Below are positions 38,828-47,543 of a DNA stretch of 64,000 nucleotides, in pieces. Source of the DNA: Spirochaetota bacterium (lineage in GTDB: Bacteria; Spirochaetota; UBA4802; UBA5550); contig OY760686.1 in the NCBI GenBank assembly GCA_963663865.1, positions 1,216,001-1,280,000 of the forward strand, written 5' to 3'. The notes beneath the pieces were generated by a model. The model made no database searches. It was not told the DNA's origin and was given only the letters and a program-made list of their open reading frames with translations. The translations under genes and the position numbers were made by a program. Positions within the stretch are counted from its first letter, which is position 1, and every line of letters begins with the position of its first letter.

Positions 38828-40021
38828 ATGGTTAGAGATATCAAAATAAACATCGATTACCTTCGTCCGAATTCATCGCTTATATATCCGCTGTATGCCG
38901 GCAATGGGGAGAGGATCGTTTCCGAGAGGGTGACCCTGACTGAAAATCTGCTAAGGGATATCAGAAATCGTTACGGAATTCATGTCTACGGAAGGGATTC
39001 GATTGACAGCTCAATTGTCCCCGGCTACAGGATGAACATAGCCCTGAATAAAGCCCGCGATATTATGAACGAGATTATATCTTCCGGCCGTTTCAGTCAC
39101 ACGAATTTTAGACTTGCTGAGAAGCTTGCTGAAGAGATCGTCTCTGATCTTAATTCCTCTGAAATAGAGGCGGTCAGCCTGCTGAAGGACCTCAGGTCTT
39201 TTGACCAGTATCTCTACATGCATTCAGTTAATGTTGGTGTTCTGGCCGGAATTTTCTCAAGGCTTATGGGCTACTCTCCGGATGATGTTAAGAATTTTAC
39301 TCTGGGCGGATATCTAATCGATATAGGACACATGCTGCTCGATAAACAGCTCAACGGCAATACATCGAGATTCTCCATATCGGAGATTCAGAAGGTTAAA
39401 AGGCATCCGCAGCTCGGATATGAGCTTCTAAAGAATATCAGAGGTGTTAATACTTTAGTCCTTCAGGCCGTTTTATTTCATCACGAGCGCTTCAATAACG
39501 AGGGTTATTTTCAGATGCCCTATGATAACCTTCCTTCAGCTCCGAAGATAATTGCGGTTTGCGATATTTTTGACGCGGTTACCTCAAGGCGGTCATACAG
39601 GGATGCTCAATCGGTTTCCTCCGCGCTCAAAATACTGCTGAATTCAGTGAATGTTCATCTTGACTATGAAACTGTCAGCCATTTTGTAAACAAATTGGGT
39701 CCACTTCTAAACAATTCTCAGTCTTTTTATGCTGTCGATGATATCTGTGAGCTCAATACATTTGAGCTCGCGCTGATAAGGGAAATTCCTTCATCGGATA
39801 TCCTGAAGCCCAGGGTGCGTATTTTCTGCAGGTTCGAGAAGAAAGGCAGCTCTCTCGGTGTGAGGTTTTATGACAGGCCTGTTGATATCGATCTCAGGAA
39901 TGACCCCGAGGAAAGGTATATCAGCAAGATATTGGATAACAGGAATCAGGTTGAATCCATAAGGCGTAAACTCGATGAGAAGGGGCTTGCCGCTGAAAGG
40001 TCAGGGCGTTTTATCTCATAA
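38828..40021 (+). CDS. HD-GYP family protein, degenerate (HD changed to ID, GYP to GYF)
   Basis: YMHSVNV, YLIDIGH, RHPQLG, HHERFNNEGYF, VCDIFDAVTSRRSYR. Confidence 0.85.
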   Translation: MVRDIKINIDYLRPNSSLIYPLYAGNGERIVSERVTLTENLLRDIRNRYGIHVYGRDSIDSSIVPGYRMNIALNKARDIMNEIISSGRFSHTNFRLAEKLAEEIVSDLNSSEIEAVSLLKDLRSFDQYLYMHSVNVGVLAGIFSRLMGYSPDDVKNFTLGGYLIDIGHMLLDKQLNGNTSRFSISEIQKVKRHPQLGYELLKNIRGVNTLVLQAVLFHHERFNNEGYFQMPYDNLPSAPKIIAVCDIFDAVTSRRSYRDAQSVSSALKILLNSVNVHLDYETVSHFVNKLGPLLNNSQSFYAVDDICELNTFELALIREIPSSDILKPRVRIFCRFEKKGSSLGVRFYDRPVDIDLRNDPEERYISKILDNRNQVESIRRKLDEKGLAAERSGRFIS

Positions 40022-40988
40022 GACTTTCCGGGTTTACCGCCCTGCTGTTCTTTCTGACTTCGAAGTGGAGATGAGGTCCTGTTGAGTGTCCTGTGTTGCC
40101 GGAGTAACCGATAAGCTGCCCCCGCTCGACTTTTTGTCCAGGCCGTACCGTGAACCTTGAGAGGTGTCCGTAAAGAGATTCGTAGCCTCTGGCATGACGG
40201 ACCACAATGAGCTTGCCGTATCCCCCTTTGTAACCCGAGAAGGTTACTGTTCCTCCGCATGAGGCTTTTATTTCGGTACCGACAGGGCATGAGACATCAA
40301 TTCCCCGGTGGAACTCGTGTCTCCTGGAGCCAAACGGATCGTTGCGGGTACCGAATCCAGATGTCTTCCTTCCATCAACAGGACTTATAAACCCTGTTCC
40401 GAGAAAAAATGATTTTTCTGTTTCTGACAGCTTTCCGCATGGAATAAAAAGAGGTCTGTTTACAAGGGATGTGATTCTGTTGACCTGACGGATATATGCC
40501 GCGTCGACTCTCTCTCTTTTTAGTATTTCTGTCAGTGATTTTGAGTCGAGACCGGAAGTGATTATCCCCCTCATGTTGGGCAGATACAGGGTTAGCCCCT
40601 CACGTATTTGTCCGGGAGAACTGAGGTTATTAACAGATACAATCGTATCAAGGTCGAGATTGGTTTTAGAAAGAATCAGCCAGAACGAATCGTTCTTCTT
40701 TACGGTGTACTTATAGAACTTCAGAGGCGGCATCTCCTTCAGGGGTCTTGTACTCTTGACAGTGTAAAGGCTCCTGTGGACATCGTCCCTCAGGTCTTTC
40801 AGCATGCTGCCGGTATTTACATCAAGACTTGTTATCGTACGGATGCGGGCCAGTCCCTCAAATCCGGACCCCGTTATAGCTGCGTAGAATATGGCTGTTA
40901 AGGCCAACAGGTTAAGTTTTCGTATGGTATTATGTCTCAATATATGCATATTTGATTTTCGGTATTGAAGTCTTAAGGGTTTAGCCAT
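40011..40988 (-). CDS. LysM / M23 family peptidoglycan endopeptidase
   Basis: YTVKKNDS LysM; HRGID, YGHLS, STGPHLHFEV; start uncertain. Confidence 0.92.
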   Translation of the reverse strand: MAKPLRLQYRKSNMHILRHNTIRKLNLLALTAIFYAAITGSGFEGLARIRTITSLDVNTGSMLKDLRDDVHRSLYTVKSTRPLKEMPPLKFYKYTVKKNDSFWLILSKTNLDLDTIVSVNNLSSPGQIREGLTLYLPNMRGIITSGLDSKSLTEILKRERVDAAYIRQVNRITSLVNRPLFIPCGKLSETEKSFFLGTGFISPVDGRKTSGFGTRNDPFGSRRHEFHRGIDVSCPVGTEIKASCGGTVTFSGYKGGYGKLIVVRHARGYESLYGHLSRFTVRPGQKVERGQLIGYSGNTGHSTGPHLHFEVRKNSRAVNPESLMR

Positions 40989-41078
40989 TATTTGATTGCG
41001 GAAAATCCTGTTGACAATTACATTTGCTGTTTATTATATAACATATACAGCAAGTTTAATTTCAAGGGATGGATTTAA

Positions 41079-41519
41079 ATGGCAATACCTAAAATGTCCA
41101 GCGATTCGGCAAGTAATGTCATAGGTGAGAATTCTTTTTTCACAGGCACTTTTATTATAAACGGTTCTCTCAGGATTGACGGCCGCTTTGAAGGCAAGTA
41201 CCTTCAGGCTGAGCAGCTCTATATAGGCCACTCGGGAAAGATCAAGACCAACATTAACGCCGTTTCGGTAATTGTTGAGGGCCTTATCATCGGGAATATA
41301 AATGCCTCAAGCAGAATTCTTCTAATGCCTACCGCCAGAGTCTACGGCGATATAAAAACACCGGAGCTTATCATTCAAAATGGCGTTATTCTTGAAGGAA
41401 GGTGTACTATCGCGAATGATCTGCGTTCTTCCGCCAAAGAGCTGATTGAGACTGACTACGAAAAAAACAGAATCAGTCCGGAGGAGATGTTTGGCGGCGC
41501 TGCAAGAAAGAAAAGTTAG
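41079..41519 (+). CDS. Bactofilin (polymer-forming cytoskeletal protein)
   Basis: VIGENSFFTG, LRIDG, VIVEG..GNI, GDIKT..LIIQNGVILEGRC. Confidence 0.92.
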   Translation: MAIPKMSSDSASNVIGENSFFTGTFIINGSLRIDGRFEGKYLQAEQLYIGHSGKIKTNINAVSVIVEGLIIGNINASSRILLMPTARVYGDIKTPELIIQNGVILEGRCTIANDLRSSAKELIETDYEKNRISPEEMFGGAARKKS

Positions 41520-42516
41520 AATTGTCGGGATTACAGCCGGCGATCCTTCCGGAGTCGGGCCTGAGGTTTCCATTAAAGCGTTGAGAGAACTCGCCAGGCC
41601 GGATATCATTCCAGTCCTGATCGGCAGGGCTGAGGCGCTCAGGCAGATTTACCCCGAACTTGCTAATTATATTATACTCGGCAGTGATTTTGATCCGGCT
41701 GATCTCAAGCCGGGTCTTTTATATTGCGCGGACACCGGCGGAGAGTATCCTGTCCCCGAGCCCGGCAGAGGTAATGAGTATACCGGCAGGGAGTCTCTGG
41801 ACTATATAGACTATGCAGTGGAGCTTTGGAAGTCGGGAAGAATTGATGCGGTAGCGACAGCCCCCGTCAGCAAGGAGCTGATAAACAGATCAGGAACGCC
41901 ATTCGTGGGGCATACGGAGTATTTTGCCGACATGATAGGCGAGACAAATCCCTACATGATGATGTATTCGCCACGTTACAGAGTCATTCTGTCAACAACG
42001 CATATTCCTGTCTCAGAAGTTGAGAAGAGTCTCAGCGTTGATTCAATACTAAACGTTATCAGAATGGCCGACAGGGCGCTGCTGCCCATAGATGGAGCAA
42101 GACCAAGGATCGCTGTCTGCGGGCTTGACCCTCACTGTGGAGACGGCGGGGCTATTTCGGGCTTTGACTCGGCCGTAACGAGGGAAGCAATCCGCTGTGC
42201 GGTTCGGGAGGGGATTGCCGCTGAGGGGCCTTACGCTGCTGACACGCTTTTTATTCCCGGAAGATGGAGCTCCTATGGAACAGTGGTTGCTCAATATCAC
42301 GATCAGGGGCTGATTCCATTCAAGATGCTCGCTTTTGATACGGGAGTTAATGTGACGCTGGGGCTAAGCATGGTAAGGACTTCCGCCGATCACGGGACCG
42401 CTTTTGATATTGCAGGAAAGGGGCTTGCCGATTTCAGAAGCATGCGGGAGTCCATTCTTCTTGCTGCTTCACTCTCGGCTGACTATGACAGGTCTACTCG
42501 GCAAACTCGGCCCTGA
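41491..42516 (+). CDS. pdxA: 4-hydroxythreonine-4-phosphate dehydrogenase PdxA
   Basis: GDPSGVGPE, GHTEY, YHDQGLIP, RTSADHGTAFDIAG; TTG start with GGAGG RBS. Confidence 0.93.
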   Translation: MAALQERKVRIVGITAGDPSGVGPEVSIKALRELARPDIIPVLIGRAEALRQIYPELANYIILGSDFDPADLKPGLLYCADTGGEYPVPEPGRGNEYTGRESLDYIDYAVELWKSGRIDAVATAPVSKELINRSGTPFVGHTEYFADMIGETNPYMMMYSPRYRVILSTTHIPVSEVEKSLSVDSILNVIRMADRALLPIDGARPRIAVCGLDPHCGDGGAISGFDSAVTREAIRCAVREGIAAEGPYAADTLFIPGRWSSYGTVVAQYHDQGLIPFKMLAFDTGVNVTLGLSMVRTSADHGTAFDIAGKGLADFRSMRESILLAASLSADYDRSTRQTRP

Positions 42517-42892
42517 TTTTGTCCTTAAGTCCGTTCAGTACAGCATCTTTGCCGTTTCCTGAAGCCTCAATGAAGCGGTTTTCGATCAGCTTCCCTCCTG
42601 AATTGAGCTTGAGAACAGCTTTGATGTTGCCCTCTCTGTGCCCGACATTGAAATCGCTGCCGGAATAGTTAATTGTCTCAATTCCTGAAGAAAAGGAGTA
42701 TACCGCTATCTCAAGCTGGTATTCACTTTCACTTGAAATGAGTCCCTCAGGTAGAGAGGCCCTTATTTCACTTTCGGATACAACTAAACTTTCCGGCACT
42801 GTAATTGAGACAGTGCTCACGCTTTTAACCTTACCGGAACAGGAGGTCGCAGCGGCTATAAGCGCTGTGAAAAAAATAGCAAGAAGCCTCAT
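42494..42892 (-). CDS. Hypothetical lipoprotein
   Basis: MRLLAIFFTALIAAATSC lipobox; ATG at 42892 preferred. Confidence 0.65.
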   Translation of the reverse strand: MRLLAIFFTALIAAATSCSGKVKSVSTVSITVPESLVVSESEIRASLPEGLISSESEYQLEIAVYSFSSGIETINYSGSDFNVGHREGNIKAVLKLNSGGKLIENRFIEASGNGKDAVLNGLKDKIRAEFAE

Positions 42893-43070
42893 GACAAATA
42901 ACCTGATATTGATGTATTTTAGCTTATTGGCAAAGCTTAAAGCTGAAAGGGTGTGAGTCATATAAATTTTCATGTTTTTTGTTTTTATTCCGAAAATTAA
43001 TTGAATGGATCTGCCGAATAACGGTATGCCGGCAATTAAGTTTCACCTGCATAAGGATAAGGGGAATCAA

Positions 43071-43511
43071 ATGAAGGATGTAATTATTATCAAGTCAATT
43101 TTTCTTTTTGCTTCAATATGGGGACTCTCCCTGTTCCTGATGTGGTTCCGTCCGAGAATTGAAATATTTTGGAAGATATCCGCTACTGTCCTGTATGCCT
43201 TTTATGGATGGTTCTTTTACAGCGAGATCGTTAATGGATTCAGAGAGTTCATGTCTTCATGGTATTTAAGTTTTCTTGCTTTTTTTAAAGAGCTCTTTAT
43301 TCTCGTGTTTGTAAATCTGTTTTTTCTCTGGCCTGTTGCTCTCGTGCTTGTCTATTTCAAGGCCGATGAAATCGGGGCAGAAAAGCTTCTGAGATTTATG
43401 TGCCTTCTTACAATAGCTCTGTGGATAATTTTCGTATTATATTACTATTTCAGCTCGGGTATAGACAGCTTTCTTCTTGAAAAGCTGAAAGAGATGGTGC
43501 CAGGTGCTTAA
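43071..43511 (+). CDS. Hypothetical integral membrane protein
   Basis: Four hydrophobic segments; AAGGGG RBS. Confidence 0.75.
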   Translation: MKDVIIIKSIFLFASIWGLSLFLMWFRPRIEIFWKISATVLYAFYGWFFYSEIVNGFREFMSSWYLSFLAFFKELFILVFVNLFFLWPVALVLVYFKADEIGAEKLLRFMCLLTIALWIIFVLYYYFSSGIDSFLLEKLKEMVPGA

Positions 43512-43965
43512 ACTTCTCGTTGCGGCTCTCGTTTTTAGTGCGCCTCCCGGCGTTCCGGCGGAGCCTGCAGTTATGTACAGGCAGGGAGCCGATCTTGCCT
43601 CTTCGGCGAGGTATGATGAAGCCGCGGCAGTTTTCAAGTCGCTTGTGGATATCAGTCCAAACTATACGCTTGCACACTACGGCTATGGCAGATGCTGCCT
43701 TTATACCGGGAAAACGGAGGAGGCGGTATATCATCTTTCTATTTGTGTTAAGCTGGACCGGACTTTAGCGAAGGGGCATTTTCATCTGGGTATGGCTTAT
43801 CTGAGATACGGGAAAAAAATCAGAGCCATTCATTCATTTAAAAGGGCTTACGAGCTAGATTCTTCGTTCAGTGCCTCTCTGTTTAACATAGGAGCGGTTT
43901 ACGATTCAACAGGCGACTCATACAAGGCTGGAAAGTACTTCGCTATGTTCAACGGAACCAGGTAG
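43504..43965 (+). CDS. Exported TPR protein
   Basis: Signal-like N-terminus and TPR repeats (AHYGYG, GHFHLG, SLFNIG). Confidence 0.8.
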   Translation: MLKLLVAALVFSAPPGVPAEPAVMYRQGADLASSARYDEAAAVFKSLVDISPNYTLAHYGYGRCCLYTGKTEEAVYHLSICVKLDRTLAKGHFHLGMAYLRYGKKIRAIHSFKRAYELDSSFSASLFNIGAVYDSTGDSYKAGKYFAMFNGTR

Positions 43966-43982
43966 TTGATCACAGATCTTCG

Positions 43983-45476
43983 TTAAACCTTGCGTGAAAG
44001 GCAATTGTCGCAAGAACCGCATCCATGAAAATCAGATTCAAAGTATGTATGGATAAACTCTCTGCGGCATTCTCGTGTCTTTGCGTATTCTACCATTTTG
44101 ACAAGGCGTCCGGTGTCTCCCTTGAGCTTTAATTCGAGAAAATCAGTATCAATAAGCTCATCCGGGTTTTTGCCGGTAAGCCTCAGGTTGTTCTTCTCAG
44201 GTGAGCCTTCTGTAATACCGTACCTGTCGAACAGGCTAAGTACTGTCTGAAGCCTGTGGTCCGAACGGTCCCTGTATACCAGCATTTCCTGGAGATCCGA
44301 GTATGAATGCGAGACCGCTGTTTCCCCCAGGGATTTTAACAGGGTAAAGGTTTTTTTCATGAAGTCAGCGCCGGGGGTTTTCCAGCGAAGAAACTCCATC
44401 TGGACGGCAAGGTCGTCCTGGGTGTACATGAGCAGGCACGAAGATGGTTTTCCGTCCCGACCGGCGCGGCCAATTTCCTGGTAGTATGATTCCAGCGAGT
44501 CAGGTATGTCAGCATGGACAATCATTCTGATATTGTCCTTATCCACCCCCATACCAAAAGCGTTAGTGGCCAAAAGGGTCGCGTTTGAGGACTTTAAAAA
44601 ACCGGACTGGACGGATTTACGTTTGTCGGGTGCAAGCTGTCCATGGTATATGCTGTGGGGGTGCGAGCGAGCGTGAAGGAATGAGCTGAATTCTTGAATG
44701 CATTTTATAAGGGTGAAGTAGACCACCCGGTTGCCGGATTCATTCTTAAGGCGGCTCAAGATCATTTCAAACTTTTCAGACTGGTCAATCGGGTCTTCAA
44801 CCTGAAGAAAAAGATTTGGCCGGGTTATTCCGGAGTTGTACACTGCCGTGTCGGGCCCGAGCCCGGACTGTCTGATGATATCGTCCCGGACTTTTTTGGT
44901 TGCTGTTGCGGTCAGGCATACGGTGACAGGGTTGCCCGTCTGTTCACGGAAAGAGGCGATAAGGCTGTAGTCAGGCCTGAAGTCATGGCCCCAGCTGCTT
45001 ATGCAGTGCGCTTCGTCTATCGCAAGAAGGTTGACTCTGCGCTCTCCCAGGCTCTTAGTGAACTCGTTGTTGCGGAACCTTTCCGGAGAGACATAGACTA
45101 TTTTATAGCGGCCGGCCCGTATGCCTTCGTAGCGGGCGGAGCGCTGTTCCTTGCTGAGGGAGGAGTTGATGTAACAGGCATCTATCCCCCTGCCTGTGAG
45201 TTTGTCGACCTGATCCTTCATCAACGCTATTAAGGGGGATATTACCAGAGTCAGCCCGTCGAATATAAGGGCGGGCAGCTGATAGCAGAGCGATTTGCCC
45301 ATTCCTGTGGGCATGACGACAAGCGTATTTTTACCTTCCAGTACACCGGTTATTATTTCCCTCTGACTGTCACGGAAGGATGTAATCCCGAAATAGTCTG
45401 AGGCCAGCTCTTCAAGGTTCTTTTTTAGTTCCACAGGATTATTATGTACGTCAGTTTGTGTTTTTTCTTTTCTCAT
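43983..45476 (-). CDS. recQ: RecQ-family DNA helicase (short, no HRDC)
   Basis: MPTGMGKSLCYQLP, DEAHC, TATA, FGMGVDK, QEIGRAGRDG, CRR...CGSCDNC. Confidence 0.92.
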   Translation of the reverse strand: MRKEKTQTDVHNNPVELKKNLEELASDYFGITSFRDSQREIITGVLEGKNTLVVMPTGMGKSLCYQLPALIFDGLTLVISPLIALMKDQVDKLTGRGIDACYINSSLSKEQRSARYEGIRAGRYKIVYVSPERFRNNEFTKSLGERRVNLLAIDEAHCISSWGHDFRPDYSLIASFREQTGNPVTVCLTATATKKVRDDIIRQSGLGPDTAVYNSGITRPNLFLQVEDPIDQSEKFEMILSRLKNESGNRVVYFTLIKCIQEFSSFLHARSHPHSIYHGQLAPDKRKSVQSGFLKSSNATLLATNAFGMGVDKDNIRMIVHADIPDSLESYYQEIGRAGRDGKPSSCLLMYTQDDLAVQMEFLRWKTPGADFMKKTFTLLKSLGETAVSHSYSDLQEMLVYRDRSDHRLQTVLSLFDRYGITEGSPEKNNLRLTGKNPDELIDTDFLELKLKGDTGRLVKMVEYAKTRECRREFIHTYFESDFHGCGSCDNCLSRKV

Positions 45477-45669
45477 AAAACGCGGCGATTACCTCTTTGG
45501 ATTTGCCGGGGGTGTAAGTTAATTCAGCAACAATGCGACTCTTTCAGAGGGACGATTATAGTCAATCGCAATACTCCCCCGTCCGCTCTCGGTTTGCTTC
45601 AGTTATTTTATAGTAAACTTTCTACAGTAAAAATAATTTCACTGAGTGTGCCGCCTTTGCAACATATTA

Positions 45670-45729
45670 TGGAAAGGCACGGGGCTGTTTGTTATAGTAG
45701 TTGCAAAAAAAATACCGGCCGGCTATACT
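45670..45729 (+). promoter_or_regulatory. Tandem sigma70 promoters of the RRM-citrate synthase-protease operon
   Basis: TTGCAA-17-TATACT (45701-45729); upstream TGGAAA-17-TATAGT with extended TG (45670-45698). Confidence 0.6.
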
Positions 45730-45840
45730 GGACTTCCGGCTTTGGCAGTGCAGAGAGTTTCTTCATAAAAGCCCGGTCACCCCGAGGGGTGGTTGAAGTC
45801 TAATCCGCAGCAGAATATTTGGTCATTGAAGAGGGCGCTT

Positions 45841-46158
45841 ATGTGGATACTTGTAGAGAACCTTTCATCGGAATCTACTGAAGATGAAATTGCCGAGCTT
45901 TTTGATATTTACGGTGATGTTGACAGTATTACGGTGATAGCTGAAGAACCGGGTGAGGATTCCCCCGCTACGGCGCTTGTAGTGATGAGTTCGGCTGAGG
46001 ATGCAAGTTCAGCGATTGAGGCTCTTGATAAAACCGTGTTTATGGACAGAAGACTGAAAGTCCGCCGTGTCACGGCTAAAACAGCGATGAAGTTCAGGGG
46101 GGATGAGCTTTCAGCTCCAATGAGCTCGCATGGACGCGCAGGGCAGCCCGGGGTATAG
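45841..46158 (+). CDS. RRM (RNP-1) fold protein with degenerate RNP1/RNP2
   Basis: ILVENL..ESTEDEIAELFDIYGDV...AEDASSAIEALD....RRLKV; GAGGG RBS before ATG 45841. Confidence 0.8.
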   Translation: MWILVENLSSESTEDEIAELFDIYGDVDSITVIAEEPGEDSPATALVVMSSAEDASSAIEALDKTVFMDRRLKVRRVTAKTAMKFRGDELSAPMSSHGRAGQPGV

Positions 46159-46168
46159 GAGGGACGAA

Positions 46169-47542
46169 GTGGTAGAAAAGCTTATTGATCAGATCAGTTT
46201 ATTCCTTGAGACCCATAAACCCATCCCTGAAGAGATAATCCGGGCAAAGAACGTGAAGGTAGGGCTCCGGAATGAGGACGGTTCCGGGGTTCTCGCTGGA
46301 ATAACCACAAAAGGTATCGTTACAGGTTACAGGATTGAACAGGACGAAGCGGATCCTGACTTTAAAAAGAAAGTCCCGGTTGAGGGAAAGTTGACCTACT
46401 GCGGCTATGATGTGAAGGAAATCGTTGAGTCGCTCACCAGGGAGGAGCGTTTCGGATTCGAAGAGGTCGTTTTTTTGCTTCTGTCAGGCCGTCTGCCCGA
46501 GAAGTCAGAGCTCAAGATTTTTTCAAAAGAGCTGGTTAGGCGCAGAAGGCTGACAAGAGCAGAGAGAACTGTTGTTATGGAAGATGTGCCTGATTACAAT
46601 CAGATGTATGTTCTTCACAGCGCTGTATCCCATCTTGGAAGATGCGACGCTAGTTCAGATTCAGTTGAAATTATCGATGTCACCAAACAGTGCATTAACC
46701 TTATAGCTAAAATTCCAAACATCATTGCGAATGCCTGGAACGTAGTGGGTTTTTTTTCAACAGGTGACCTTAAGATTCACCGTCCGCGAAATGAGCTTTC
46801 AACTGCGGAAAACTTTCTGTACATGCTAAATGGAGTCCTTCCTACAAAGAGGGAGGCCCTGCTGTTTGACAAATTGCTTATTCTTCACGCTGAACACGGC
46901 GGAGGCAACAATTCAACATTTACTGTAAGAACTGTATCTTCAAGCGGGGCCAATACCTATATGGCGCTTGCTTCCGGAGTCGCATCTCTGAGCGGCTACC
47001 TTATGGGAGGTGCAGATGAATCTGTTGTTGATATGATTGATGAGCTCAGTTTCAGAGGCGGCAGTCCCTCCGACAGCGACATTAAGGAATATCTTCTGTC
47101 ATATATTGAACGCAAAAAAAGCCTGAGGCCTTCAGAGATGATGGGATTTGAACATGTGATACCGGGATTCGGTCACGCTGTTTACACAATTTCTGACCCG
47201 AGATCGGTTATTCTGCGCGAGATGGCTTCCTCTTACGCTGAGGAGAAGGGTTTGCTTGCAGAGCTGGATTTGTACATAAGGGTGGAGAAGATTGCAGTTC
47301 AGCTTTTGAGCGAAATGAACAGCGCTCCGGTATGTTCCAATGTTGACTTCTACTCAGGATTTCTCTACAGGCTTCTTGGGATACCCAAAGAGCTCTTTAC
47401 CCCAATCTTTGCTATGGCGAGAATGGTAGGCTGGTCTGCTCACAGAATTGAACAGCTCATTCAGGCAAAGATTATCAGGCCCGCGTATATATCATCGTCT
47501 GATTCAGAAAATGAGTTTGTACCGATGGCTGACAGGGGATAA
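46169..47542 (+). CDS. Citrate synthase family protein lacking the GPxHGGAN catalytic His
   Basis: GLRNEDGSGVL, GKLTYCGYD, HAEHGGGNNSTF, GFGHAVY..DPR, NVDFYSG, ARMVGW, IRP; GTG start after AGGAGG. Confidence 0.9.
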   Translation: MVEKLIDQISLFLETHKPIPEEIIRAKNVKVGLRNEDGSGVLAGITTKGIVTGYRIEQDEADPDFKKKVPVEGKLTYCGYDVKEIVESLTREERFGFEEVVFLLLSGRLPEKSELKIFSKELVRRRRLTRAERTVVMEDVPDYNQMYVLHSAVSHLGRCDASSDSVEIIDVTKQCINLIAKIPNIIANAWNVVGFFSTGDLKIHRPRNELSTAENFLYMLNGVLPTKREALLFDKLLILHAEHGGGNNSTFTVRTVSSSGANTYMALASGVASLSGYLMGGADESVVDMIDELSFRGGSPSDSDIKEYLLSYIERKKSLRPSEMMGFEHVIPGFGHAVYTISDPRSVILREMASSYAEEKGLLAELDLYIRVEKIAVQLLSEMNSAPVCSNVDFYSGFLYRLLGIPKELFTPIFAMARMVGWSAHRIEQLIQAKIIRPAYISSSDSENEFVPMADRG

Positions 47543-47543
47543 G

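Noticed and set aside
45480-45700. LexA/SOS box or sigma54 promoter between recQ and the RRM operon
   Set aside because: No TTTG-N5-CAAA or TGGCAC-N5-TTGC match; only an imperfect inverted repeat at about 45648-45680
46130-46171. Programmed frameshift fusing the RRM ORF to citrate synthase
   Set aside because: A strong AGGAGG with GTG at 46169 explains independent, coupled initiation; no slippery heptamer
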